Assembly (NCBI GenBank): GCA_001000675.1
Contig: LCHW01000001.1
Span: 218,294-282,293, forward strand
Origin: Candidatus Wolfebacteria bacterium GW2011_GWE2_44_13
GTDB taxonomy: Bacteria > Patescibacteriota > Minisyncoccia > UBA6257 > UBA9933
Direction of reading: 5' to 3'
Length of the DNA: 64,000 bases
Position numbers and translations under genes: made by a program. The notes beneath the pieces are model-generated. The model was not told the origin of the DNA and ran no database searches. It saw only the letters and a list, made by a program, of their open reading frames with translations. This document shows positions 54,498 to 63,296 of the stretch, one piece after another (position 1 is the stretch's first letter; each line of letters starts with the position of its first letter).

Positions 54498-55328
54498 TTA
54501 TTTGTTTGTATACGGGAAAGGCACTATCGTATCTCCATTGCGAATAGGAGTTTCTTCGAGTAGTTTTTTGCGAAGGTTTATTGCCTCGTGTAAAAAATCG
54601 ATAACCTCGGCGTTATTGGAATCGATGAGTGCCGTTAGCTCTTCAAGTTTTGTATTAAAGGTGGCGGAATCCGATTGTGTTATTACATTACCCTCGCTTG
54701 TTTGAATATATAACTCGGCAAGCTCTGGTTTGTTTGCGTGTATCGGATATGCTAAATAATCGACTGACCCCGTTATTGTATTAAGAAATCGAATTGATAA
54801 TGTGGTTTGCTTTGGGTGAAATGCTCTTTCAAAATATTGCGCACGAGTTAAGTCGTGAGTGCATGGGTTGCTTATGTTTATTGTAAATGTGTCGATGCGG
54901 TTTTGATATGGCCAACTTTTTGTAATAGTGATTAAGTCCTTTTGCCTACGGAGAGTTAGGATGCTTTTCTCGCCGCGGGTAATTGGAAATGAGTCTGCAG
55001 AATAGCTGTTCACTATTGTGCTTATATCGATTGGTTCGCAATGCATAAGATAGGGATCTACTAAGAATAGTTTTTCTTGTATAGGGCAAAGAACTGAACG
55101 ATGTCGGCCATTAATCATGTCTTCTACGAGATAGGCCTTAGAGAAGCCTGCGGCAATTAACGTATTGCGCAGAGAACGTGCCTGTTCATAACAATTTGAT
55201 CCGAATTTTTTAGACGGACGTTGTCCATCGAGAATATAGAGTGAAGCTGCCGAGCTGTATTGGAACGATAGTGAGTCGATTAGAATTTGCCTTAATTTCT
55301 GGAATTCCATATGCGCATACCATAGCAC
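54498..55328 (-). CDS. hypothetical protein with a possible Cys-His-Asp hydrolase/transferase triad (NAT/transglutaminase-like fold?)
   Basis: C(GSNCYEQA), H (31 aa later) and D (15 aa later). This spacing resembles arylamine N-acetyltransferase/transglutaminase-like cysteine enzymes. The assignment is weak. Confidence 0.35.
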   Translation of the reverse strand: MLWYAHMEFQKLRQILIDSLSFQYSSAASLYILDGQRPSKKFGSNCYEQARSLRNTLIAAGFSKAYLVEDMINGRHRSVLCPIQEKLFLVDPYLMHCEPIDISTIVNSYSADSFPITRGEKSILTLRRQKDLITITKSWPYQNRIDTFTINISNPCTHDLTRAQYFERAFHPKQTTLSIRFLNTITGSVDYLAYPIHANKPELAELYIQTSEGNVITQSDSATFNTKLEELTALIDSNNAEVIDFLHEAINLRKKLLEETPIRNGDTIVPFPYTNK

Positions 55329-55409
55329 TGCTGCGCAAAAAGGGGAATACCGCCGCTGGTATTTTGGGGTGCTTTTTGCTATACTTCGATATACACATAA
55401 GCGCCATAA

Positions 55410-57449
55410 ATGGCCTTTTATTTTCGAAGTATGGCAAAAAAAGCAGAAAACATCGAAGAATTACCTCAAGAGGAGAAAGAAGTAAAGAAGGTCGCTACTA
55501 AAAAAGGAGACGATCCTATTGATAACCGTGGAAATGCTTCCTATAGCGCCAAGGATATTCAGGTACTCGAAGGTTTAGAGCCTGTGCGTAAGCGCCCAGG
55601 TATGTATATCGGTTCAACGGGGTCGCAAGGGTTGCACCATCTTATTTGGGAAGTGTTCGACAACTCGCTCGACGAGGCTATGGCAGGATATGCCAAGCAC
55701 ATTACGGTAGAGCTTGGAAAGGATGGGTCTGTTACGGTGTCCGATGATGGACGTGGTATCCCTGTCGACATTCATCCGAAGACGAAAAAGTCTGCGCTTG
55801 AAACAGCCGCAACAACCTTGCACGCAGGAGGAAAATTTGATGGCGATTCGTATAAGGTATCTGGTGGTTTGCACGGGGTAGGACTTTCGGTTGTAAACGC
55901 GCTTTCCACATGGATGAAGATAGAAGTGTGCAAAGATGGTTCGAAGTATATGCAGGAGTACCGAATCGGTAAGCCGTTAGCTGATGTTAAAAAAATTGGC
56001 AAAGCTGAGCGAGGAAACGGAACAAAGGTTACGTTCAAGCCAGATGATACTATTTTTTCTACTCTTGAATTTGAGCGAAAAGAAATTGTCGGGCACTTGC
56101 GCCAGCAGGCGTTTCTTACTAAGGGTATCCGCATTGAAATTATCGATAGTCGAGAAGATGTGCCTTTTTACTACTCGTTCTATTTTGAAGGAGGACTTGT
56201 TTCATTTGTACAATATGTGAATAGCAGTCATACCCCCGTACATAAAGAGGTTTTTTATGTACATCGCAGCTACGAAGATATCGATGTTGAAACGGCATTT
56301 ATTTATAACGACGATCCCGATGCGCGTGAATTGAGCTTTGCAAACAATATTTATACACCTGACGGTGGTATGCATGTTACCGGTTTTCGCACTGCTTTGA
56401 CTCGTGTATTAAATGACTTTGCTCGAAGCAACAATGCAATAAAAGGATCAGATGAAAACCTAACAGGTGACGATGTGCGCGAGGGCATCACCGCAATTAT
56501 TTCTGTAAAATTGCGCGACCCACAATTTGAAGGACAGACAAAAGCTCGCCTTGGAACGCCTGCAGCACGCGGCGCAGTTGAATCTGTTGTATCGGAAGGT
56601 CTTAAAGAATATTTTGAAAAATATTCAAACGATGCAAAGGCAATCATTGAAAAATGTATGCTTGCGCAGAAAGCTCGTAAAGCTGCAAAGGCTGCAAAAG
56701 AAACCGTATTGCGTAAGGGAATGCTCGAGGGCATGACCTTGCCAGGAAAGCTTTCAGATTGCTCGAGCCGCAAAGCCGCTGACTCGGAACTCTATATTGT
56801 TGAGGGAGATTCCGCAGGAGGAAGTGCAAAGCAGGGAAGAGATCGCCGCTTTCAAGCCATTCTTCCTTTGAAGGGAAAGATTTTAAACGTTGAACGAGCC
56901 CGTTTGGATAAGATGCTTGTTAACAATGAAATCAAGTCATTGGTTATTGCATTGGGCACTGCTATTTCGGATAGCTTTGATATCGAGAAGTTGCGCTACC
57001 ATAAGGTTATCCTTATGACCGACGCCGATGTTGACGGTGCGCACATCAGAACATTGTTGCTAACATTGTTTTATCGATATTTCCGACAAATTATTGAAGG
57101 AGGATTTTTGTATATTGCACAACCACCATTGTTCCGATTACAGATTGGAAAGGATGTTCGCTACGTGTATACTCCTGAGCAGAAAGATACCGCAATCGCA
57201 GAAATGACTGCAGGGAAAAAAGGTGAAGCGAATGTTAATGTGCAGCGCTATAAGGGTCTTGGAGAAATGAACCCTGACCAGCTGTGGGAAACGACCATGA
57301 ACCCTGAATTTCGAACTCTATTGCAAGTCGCTATCGATGATGCACAAGAGGCAGATCGATTGTTTGAAATCTTAATGAGTGACGAGGTTGCCCCGAGAAA
57401 ACAATTCATCCAGTCAAAAGCTACTCTTGTAAAAAATCTCGACATCTAA
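55410..57449 (+). CDS. gyrB: type IIA topoisomerase ATPase subunit, DNA gyrase subunit B (ParE not strictly excluded)
   Basis: GHKL ATPase motifs (EVFDNSLDEAMAGY, GGLHGVGLSVVNALS), a TOPRIM domain (EGDSAGGSA), PLKGKILNVE and C-terminal GyrB motifs. Confidence 0.8.
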   Translation: MAFYFRSMAKKAENIEELPQEEKEVKKVATKKGDDPIDNRGNASYSAKDIQVLEGLEPVRKRPGMYIGSTGSQGLHHLIWEVFDNSLDEAMAGYAKHITVELGKDGSVTVSDDGRGIPVDIHPKTKKSALETAATTLHAGGKFDGDSYKVSGGLHGVGLSVVNALSTWMKIEVCKDGSKYMQEYRIGKPLADVKKIGKAERGNGTKVTFKPDDTIFSTLEFERKEIVGHLRQQAFLTKGIRIEIIDSREDVPFYYSFYFEGGLVSFVQYVNSSHTPVHKEVFYVHRSYEDIDVETAFIYNDDPDARELSFANNIYTPDGGMHVTGFRTALTRVLNDFARSNNAIKGSDENLTGDDVREGITAIISVKLRDPQFEGQTKARLGTPAARGAVESVVSEGLKEYFEKYSNDAKAIIEKCMLAQKARKAAKAAKETVLRKGMLEGMTLPGKLSDCSSRKAADSELYIVEGDSAGGSAKQGRDRRFQAILPLKGKILNVERARLDKMLVNNEIKSLVIALGTAISDSFDIEKLRYHKVILMTDADVDGAHIRTLLLTLFYRYFRQIIEGGFLYIAQPPLFRLQIGKDVRYVYTPEQKDTAIAEMTAGKKGEANVNVQRYKGLGEMNPDQLWETTMNPEFRTLLQVAIDDAQEADRLFEILMSDEVAPRKQFIQSKATLVKNLDI

Positions 57450-57480
57450 TTAAGAATGCATTTTGTCAACAAATCGTTGC

Positions 57481-57548
57481 GTTGCGGGTCCCCAGTGCTT
57501 CGGTTGCCGTATTGATAATACGTCGCCCTTGCACTGTTCCCGCGCCTT
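57481..57548 (+). promoter_or_regulatory. Divergent third member (E3) of the E1/E2 element family, upstream of secE-nusG-rplK
   Basis: Same 68-nt length. Ends GTTGCGGGTCCCCA...TTCCCGCGCCTT are conserved and the middle is divergent. The terminal stem GCGGG/CCCGC covaries with GTGGG/CCCAC of E1/E2. Confidence 0.3.
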
Positions 57549-57671
57549 ATGCTTTATTCGACAAAATGTATTCTCACCGCATTGCTGGCTAATGTGTGCT
57601 AACCATATAAAACCTTGCATTTTACTGGGGTTTAGTGTATGGTAATTACTGTCTAACATATTATATATATT

Positions 57672-57857
57672 ATGGTTTCACGTCTTACTTCCTATTTCAG
57701 AGAATCACAACTCGAACTCAAGCGGGTTAATTGGCCTACTCGACAAGAAACGGTGCGGTTAACGAGCATGGTTATTGGACTTTCGCTTATATTTGCCGTA
57801 TTTTTGGGCATTTTGGATATGGTATTTAACTATATTCTTGTTCAATACTTCATCTAA
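57672..57857 (+). CDS. secE: preprotein translocase subunit SecE
   Basis: 61 aa with a single C-terminal TM helix. Its position upstream of nusG fits. Confidence 0.7.
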   Translation: MVSRLTSYFRESQLELKRVNWPTRQETVRLTSMVIGLSLIFAVFLGILDMVFNYILVQYFI

Positions 57858-57912
57858 AAAGTCGCTCATCGCATTCGCTCGCTTCATTGCAAGCGCGTAA
57901 TTTCTATCAATT

Positions 57913-58506
57913 ATGACTGAAACATCATCACATCAAACTCCAGAAAAAAAGGCTGAAAAGAAGGAGCTTTCTCAGAAGGGGGAGCGACACTGGTACGCGG
58001 TACACACCTATTCGGGTTATGAGGATGCCGTTGCGCGTTACTTGAAACAGCGTGTTGATTCCTTGGAAATGGACGATAAGATATTCAACGTCGTCGTTCC
58101 AAAGGAAAAAAGCATTAAGATAAAAAACGGAAAGCGAAAGGAGTCTGAAGAAAAAATATATCCTGGTTATGTACTTGTTGATATGGTCATGAGTGAAGAC
58201 TCATGGTATGTTGTCCGCAATACACCACGCGTTACCGGTTTCGTTGGATCTGATTCTACTGAGCCAACACCATTGTCAAAAGAAGAAGTAGATTTCCTCA
58301 TTGCTCGCATGGAGGGCGGTGAAAAGAAAATTAAATTGGATTATGTGGTAGGAGAATCGGTAAAGATTTCAGATGGTCCATTTAAAGATTACGAAGGAAA
58401 GATAAGTGAAATTGATCAAGAACACGCAAAAATAAAGGTGCTTGTACCGATCTTCGGACGAGAAACTGCTGTCGAGCTTGATTCCTTGCAGTTGCAAAAA
58501 ATATAA
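57913..58506 (+). CDS. nusG: transcription termination/antitermination factor NusG
   Basis: NGN domain (WYAVHTYSGYE) and a C-terminal KOW motif (VGESVKISDGPFKDYEGKI). Confidence 0.85.
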   Translation: MTETSSHQTPEKKAEKKELSQKGERHWYAVHTYSGYEDAVARYLKQRVDSLEMDDKIFNVVVPKEKSIKIKNGKRKESEEKIYPGYVLVDMVMSEDSWYVVRNTPRVTGFVGSDSTEPTPLSKEEVDFLIARMEGGEKKIKLDYVVGESVKISDGPFKDYEGKISEIDQEHAKIKVLVPIFGRETAVELDSLQLQKI

Positions 58507-58527
58507 ACATCAGTACAATACACGAAT

Positions 58528-58953
58528 ATGGCAAAAGCAATCAAAACAATAGTAAAGCTCCAGATCCCTGGTGGCGCAGCAAACCCTGCTCCTCCGATTG
58601 GTCCGGCACTTGGTCAGCACGGCGTAAACATTGCGCAGTTCTGTCAGCAATTCAACGAGGCAACTAAGGATATGGTAGGCACTATCATTCCTGCAGAAAT
58701 CAGCATCTATGAAGATCGAACCTTCGACTTCAAGTTGAAGACTCCTCCTGCATCTGACTTGTTGCGTAAAGCAGCAGGCGTTACAAAAGGATCTGCAAAC
58801 CCGTTGAAAATCAAAGTAGGAACTGTTACCGAGGCACAGGTACGCGAGATCGCGCAGCGTAAGATGGAAGATCTTAACACCGAGAATGTTGAACAGGCCG
58901 CTAAGATTATCAAAGGTGCAGCCCGATCAATGGGAATCGAGATTAAAGAATAA
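58528..58953 (+). CDS. rplK: 50S ribosomal protein L11
   Basis: Near-canonical L11 sequence ([26 protein letters not shown]). Confidence 0.9.
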   Translation: MAKAIKTIVKLQIPGGAANPAPPIGPALGQHGVNIAQFCQQFNEATKDMVGTIIPAEISIYEDRTFDFKLKTPPASDLLRKAAGVTKGSANPLKIKVGTVTEAQVREIAQRKMEDLNTENVEQAAKIIKGAARSMGIEIKE

Positions 58954-58963
58954 GGAAGCTATG

Positions 58964-58992
58964 AAAAAGAGGCGGAAACGCCTCTTTTTTGC
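58964..58992 (+). terminator. Intrinsic terminator after rplK (rplA does not follow)
   Basis: AGAGGCG-gaaa-CGCCTCT-T6. Confidence 0.65.
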
Positions 58993-59007
58993 TATACTAA
59001 ATTTATT

Positions 59008-59739
59008 ATGGATATCAAGAAGAAAACAGTTTTTATTACTGGTGCCGCATCGGGTATCGGACTGGAGACTGCTAAAAAATTTATACAAGAAGGCGCAAAC
59101 GTAACCATCTATTCTCGGGGAACCAATAAAATTCCCGAAGATGCATTCCCGGCTGATCGCGTATTAATTTGCGAAGGAGATGTGTGTGACCGAGATGCTG
59201 TGGGACGATCGGTAAATGCAACAATGAAAAAGTTTGGCTCGCTCGATGTTCTTATTAATAATGCGGGCGTTGCACAGAGAAAGCGATTTGAAGATATGCT
59301 CGAAGAGGAATGGAACAAGATGCTCAATGTGAATTTGTGTGGAATGTTCATCGTTACGCAGGAAGCACTTAAGGCTATGGTTACAGGAGCTCCAGAGCGC
59401 CACCATGATGGGTGTATTGTTAACCATAAATGCATCATTAATATTTCATCGGGAGCTGGGCTGTTCGGCATCCCCGAACTTTCGATTTATTCAGCAACAA
59501 AAGGTGCTATCATCGCCTTCACGCAGGCGTTGTCAGGCGAGTTGGTCCAGTCGGGGATTGAGGTTATTGCCGTTACCCCAGGGTCTGTCGGGACTGACAT
59601 GTTCAAGGACTTGTTTAAGGGAAAGGAAGCCCACCACACCCCCGCAGATGTCGCTGAGGTGCTCTACAAGACGGCCATTGGGGAAATGAAGCCCGATAGT
59701 CGCCTAATCGTCGACACGTTCTATCACGAGCGGGTTTGA
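59008..59739 (+). CDS. SDR-family oxidoreductase (short-chain dehydrogenase/reductase)
   Basis: TGAASGIG cofactor motif, NNAG, and the catalytic S...YSATK. Confidence 0.8.
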   Translation: MDIKKKTVFITGAASGIGLETAKKFIQEGANVTIYSRGTNKIPEDAFPADRVLICEGDVCDRDAVGRSVNATMKKFGSLDVLINNAGVAQRKRFEDMLEEEWNKMLNVNLCGMFIVTQEALKAMVTGAPERHHDGCIVNHKCIINISSGAGLFGIPELSIYSATKGAIIAFTQALSGELVQSGIEVIAVTPGSVGTDMFKDLFKGKEAHHTPADVAEVLYKTAIGEMKPDSRLIVDTFYHERV

Positions 59740-59740
59740 A
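59698..59740 (+). repeat. 43-bp perfect direct repeat, copy 1 (3' end of the SDR gene)
   Basis: agtcgcctaatcgtcgacacgttctatcacgagcgggtttgaa. It is identical to 60221-60263. Confidence 0.8.
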
Positions 59741-60230
59741 AAGGAACAATATGAAAAACGAAATTGAACGAAAATTTTTTGTTAAGGAAATGACAGATCT
59801 TTCCGGCGCGCAGCCCCTTCATTATGAGCGTTATTTTCTGGATCGTGGGAATGGAAAAGAAGTTAGAATTTCTAAAATAAACGATTCATATATTTATGAA
59901 GAAAAATCTGAGTTATCCGAGTTAGAACGAACCCGCGATAAAAAAGAAATAACAAAAGAAGAATTTTATAAATTGAAGGAAAATGCTTCTGAGGGTCTTA
60001 TCCGTGACCGCTATAGCTTTTCTTCGAACCCCGATATTGTTATTCAGGTGTATCATGGGCGGTTTGAAGGGCTAGTTTGCGCTGAAGTTGAATTTGATTC
60101 TGCGGAAGCTGCAAACGCATTTTCTCCGTTGTCTTGGATGGGTAGAGAAATGACTGGGTTGCCAATTGCACGTGATGCTCGACTTATTGAGTTGAGTAGC
60201 GAAGAATTTAAAAAATATTTAGTCGCCTAA
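59736..60230 (+). CDS. CYTH-domain protein (triphosphate tunnel metalloenzyme / class IV adenylate cyclase-like)
   Basis: N-terminal EIERKF (ExExK) motif and a CYTH-sized 164 aa. The gene is bracketed by the 43-bp direct repeats. Confidence 0.6.
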   Translation: MKRNNMKNEIERKFFVKEMTDLSGAQPLHYERYFLDRGNGKEVRISKINDSYIYEEKSELSELERTRDKKEITKEEFYKLKENASEGLIRDRYSFSSNPDIVIQVYHGRFEGLVCAEVEFDSAEAANAFSPLSWMGREMTGLPIARDARLIELSSEEFKKYLVA

Positions 60231-60263
60231 TCGTCGACACGTTCTATCACGAGCGGGTTTGAA
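60221..60263 (+). repeat. 43-bp perfect direct repeat, copy 2 (3' end of the CYTH gene)
   Basis: Identical to 59698-59740. It retains a ghost of the SDR C-terminal reading frame (SRLIVDTFYHERV*). Confidence 0.8.
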
Positions 60264-60265
60264 GT

Positions 60266-60727
60266 ATGAATAAAACTGCGTTTGTAAAAATATCGGGGGA
60301 TTTGATTTCTCGTGAAGATGTTCTCGATTGGATTCGTGTTCTTACGCAGGATTATTTTGTGGTTGTTTGTTCTGGTGGCGGTACGCAAATTAACAAAGCA
60401 TTTGAAGAACGAGGAATCCCCGTGGTATTCGGTCCACTTGGCAGGGAGATTGAACGGTTTGAGGATCGTCAGTTTGCGCGCGAAATTTTGGAAAAGAATC
60501 AGGCGGAAATTCAAGATCTATTACAGGCAAAACAGATACAAGCGACTGTTGTAATTCCCGTACTCGATATTGGTTCTGTACTATGCCATATAAACGGGGA
60601 TGTCTATGTATTGGCGGCATATCTTGGATTTGATGCATTGTACGTACTCACCTTGGAAGATCGAGTTGCGAAAAAGACAGAGGAATTTAAAATGTATCCG
60701 AAGGTAACGGTAGTGGGGTTTGACTAA
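60266..60727 (+). CDS. amino-acid-kinase-fold (AAK) protein, short form
   Basis: N-terminal KISGDL...VVVCSGGG, typical of the carbamate/uridylate/isopentenyl-phosphate kinase fold. At 153 aa it is atypically short. Confidence 0.45.
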   Translation: MNKTAFVKISGDLISREDVLDWIRVLTQDYFVVVCSGGGTQINKAFEERGIPVVFGPLGREIERFEDRQFAREILEKNQAEIQDLLQAKQIQATVVIPVLDIGSVLCHINGDVYVLAAYLGFDALYVLTLEDRVAKKTEEFKMYPKVTVVGFD

Positions 60728-60793
60728 TAGATAATTACTGTGCCATAGTGTCGGCAGCTGCTTATTTAAAATCCCTAAAAGAAGGAGGTCGGT

Positions 60794-61216
60794 ATGCACG
60801 TTTTTGCACATCCGTTGACCCAGTGCCTTGTGTGCGCTGTGGGGTTTGGGATCTGGCCGATATTGCGGCAGTATTATGGGCTGCCTGTTGGCTTGGCGAT
60901 GAGTATCATGAGTGTGGTGCAGTTTTTTGTAGTACTCGGGTTCTCTAATTTTTCTCCAGCTCCGTTGGTGCAGGGCACTGTTCTGTTTGTGCTGTTCGGA
61001 GCTATTCCGAGCGGAGTTGCCATCTTTTGCTACGGGCTATTGCTTGACCAGGGAAAGGGTGTTGTCACGACATGGCTTCCTGTAATGGCGGTAATGGTCC
61101 CCATTGTTATGGTAATTGGCGGCGTGCTGTTGCTCGGCGAAACGATGACCATGCAAAAAATAATAGGAGTTGGTGTCGCGTGCTACAGCATTTACTTGTT
61201 GAGTACCTCCCCGTAA
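60794..61216 (+). CDS. EamA-like small membrane protein (DMT superfamily)
   Basis: Four TM helices and EamA-like at 140 aa. Confidence 0.45.
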   Translation: MHVFAHPLTQCLVCAVGFGIWPILRQYYGLPVGLAMSIMSVVQFFVVLGFSNFSPAPLVQGTVLFVLFGAIPSGVAIFCYGLLLDQGKGVVTTWLPVMAVMVPIVMVIGGVLLLGETMTMQKIIGVGVACYSIYLLSTSP

Positions 61217-61225
61217 TCATTCGGA

Positions 61226-61264
61226 AAATAAAAACGCCTCGACTTCGGTCGAGGCGTTATTTTT
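61226..61264. terminator. Bidirectional intrinsic terminator
   Basis: AACGCCTCGAC-ttcg-GTCGAGGCGTT flanked by A and T runs. Confidence 0.65.
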
Positions 61265-61269
61265 ACACA

Positions 61270-62013
61270 TTACGCATCAGTTTTTCGAATGGTGATATCG
61301 GAGAATCCTTCGCTTTGCTCTACATGAATATGTTGATCGCGGAGTAGATGCAAGAGTGCAAGAAAGAGAACAACAACTTCTTTCTTTGATTTTTCACTAA
61401 TAAGATGTCCAAAACTTTTTATTCCGCTGGTTACTTTTGTTAAAATTTCTTCGATCTTCTCCTCGAGTTTTATGATTGTGTTCTCTACCTTTTTAAATTC
61501 CAGTACTGCTTGCTTGAGGGTTTCAAACACAGTCGCCATTGCTCCTTGCATTGCAGTAGGCGTAACTTCTGGAGACGGATAGAAAATAGTAGGACGACCA
61601 AGGAGTAGTGGGCGAGCAATACACGTCTGGTCTCGCTCATAGAGCTCTTTGATGTGTACCATAGCGGGCTTAAATTGATGGTAGAACTTGAGCCGATGTT
61701 CGAGATCTTTAATATCCTCCTCTTCCTCTGTGGATAATTCGAGTGATGGAAGCAACGCCTTTGATTTAATGAGAAGGAGGCGAGAGGCGATTGCTACGAA
61801 GTCCGAAAGAAAGCGAATCTCTGCTTCGTTGCGCTCTTTTCCAGCACTGTTCATTTCTTGCACAAATTTCAAAAAATCATCAGTTACTAGTGCGAGACTG
61901 ACTTGTGTGATTTCTAATTTACGCGCCTCGATCATTTCAAGAAGCGTTTCAATGGGGCCGGTAAATTGTGCATTTTTTATTTGATACATTGCAATAGAAA
62001 AACATGAGACCAC
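61270..62013 (-). CDS. scpA: segregation and condensation protein A
   Basis: Kleisin ScpA N-terminal motifs (F.GPIETLLEMIEARKLEITQVSLALVTDDFL) and a C-terminal winged helix. Confidence 0.8.
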   Translation of the reverse strand: MVSCFSIAMYQIKNAQFTGPIETLLEMIEARKLEITQVSLALVTDDFLKFVQEMNSAGKERNEAEIRFLSDFVAIASRLLLIKSKALLPSLELSTEEEEDIKDLEHRLKFYHQFKPAMVHIKELYERDQTCIARPLLLGRPTIFYPSPEVTPTAMQGAMATVFETLKQAVLEFKKVENTIIKLEEKIEEILTKVTSGIKSFGHLISEKSKKEVVVLFLALLHLLRDQHIHVEQSEGFSDITIRKTDA

Positions 62014-62022
62014 TAACAGCTA

Positions 62023-63282
62023 TTATAACTCTTTTTTATCGAATAGTGTTGTTAGGGGATCAACGTAGCCGTATTCGCCAGGGTGCCCCGGTACGTATCC
62101 ATAGCACGCATGCGGTTCGCCGGTTGTTTTAAGTGTGCACGCAGTATCGCCTTCTGGATTTTCTAGTACTGGCTTTGTCTTTAATTCAAAGTGAAGATGG
62201 ATGTCATCTGGATTTTGGCTTGCACATCCGTCGGTACCAACTTTCCAATTATTCTGACAGCCGTAGGCGCTGTTGCCAACCGTACCAAGGGCAGACCCTT
62301 TTTCTATTTGTGCGCCTTCTGTCGCGGTCGTCGCAATGGATGCAAGATGTGCGTATACGCCATACAATGTTTTCCCTTCGATTATGTGCTCAACAATAAC
62401 TGTTGCGCCCATGCCATGGTCTGCCCCATCATTTTGTTGTACTTTTACTACTATCCCGTCGGTGATGGCGTATGCATTGAGGTCGATTGCATCTCTATTG
62501 GCAGAAAAATCGACACCGGTGTGTTCGTCGTAATCGAGCATGAGTTTGTCGAGATTACCAGAATAATTCCACGCACTACGTAGCGGACTATTAAAACGTT
62601 GGCGAATCCAAAATTGATCCAAGGCGACGGGTGATTGGAGACCCTCTTTCTCGCTTAATCCATGCGTTGTCTTGTAGATAATTAATTGATCGCCGCGTTT
62701 GAGAAATTCGAATAAGCGTTTTGCAACTTCAGTTTCAAACCGTAGACACCCGCCACTGAATTTTGAGGTTACTTTGGTGCCGTCATCATAAAAAGGGATT
62801 TCATGCATAAAGAAATCCTCCGTAATTTGAATTGCGTACGGCATATTTACAGGGAACAGGGAAGAGCGATGTTTTTCTCTCATAACCCCTACACGAAAAT
62901 ATCCTGTTGGCGTTTGAAACCATACTCCTTCTGGCGATTGATAGGCGACCGGTAGAATTTCTACAATCTTGCCGTTTTCGAAAAGAATCGCTTTTTGTGT
63001 GGTTAGATCGATTTGCAATCCTTTTTGTTCGGTCAATTTAGGCGCTTCAAAACAATATTGCTTGTCAGCCTCATTTTTGAATACAAGCGTTTCCGCACAA
63101 ACATTGGGACGTGTATCTGACGGCACCATGAACGGTAGTTGTTTTGAAAGCTCGGCCACTTGTGAGTGCGCGGGGAGTTGCGTAGGAGGTTCGGGGTAAA
63201 CCGCTTTGCCAATATTCCATCCACCCCAAAAAAGGAGCGGAGAAGCGACAAGGATTCCGGCGGTTGTTTTGAGGGGTTGCAT
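62023..63282 (-). CDS. M23 family metallopeptidase (LytM-like) with an N-terminal domain
   Basis: Signal anchor. M23 motifs HTGVDF...D and HLHFE near the C-terminus. Confidence 0.75.
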   Translation of the reverse strand: MQPLKTTAGILVASPLLFWGGWNIGKAVYPEPPTQLPAHSQVAELSKQLPFMVPSDTRPNVCAETLVFKNEADKQYCFEAPKLTEQKGLQIDLTTQKAILFENGKIVEILPVAYQSPEGVWFQTPTGYFRVGVMREKHRSSLFPVNMPYAIQITEDFFMHEIPFYDDGTKVTSKFSGGCLRFETEVAKRLFEFLKRGDQLIIYKTTHGLSEKEGLQSPVALDQFWIRQRFNSPLRSAWNYSGNLDKLMLDYDEHTGVDFSANRDAIDLNAYAITDGIVVKVQQNDGADHGMGATVIVEHIIEGKTLYGVYAHLASIATTATEGAQIEKGSALGTVGNSAYGCQNNWKVGTDGCASQNPDDIHLHFELKTKPVLENPEGDTACTLKTTGEPHACYGYVPGHPGEYGYVDPLTTLFDKKEL

Positions 63283-63296
63283 CAGTGTAATTGTTC

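Noticed and set aside
57450-57671. tRNA-Trp or rpmG upstream of secE, as in many bacteria
   Set aside because: No cloverleaf with a GGTTCGAATCC-type T-arm is present, and no L33-like small ORF. The region instead holds the E3 element and a 10-bp inverted repeat.
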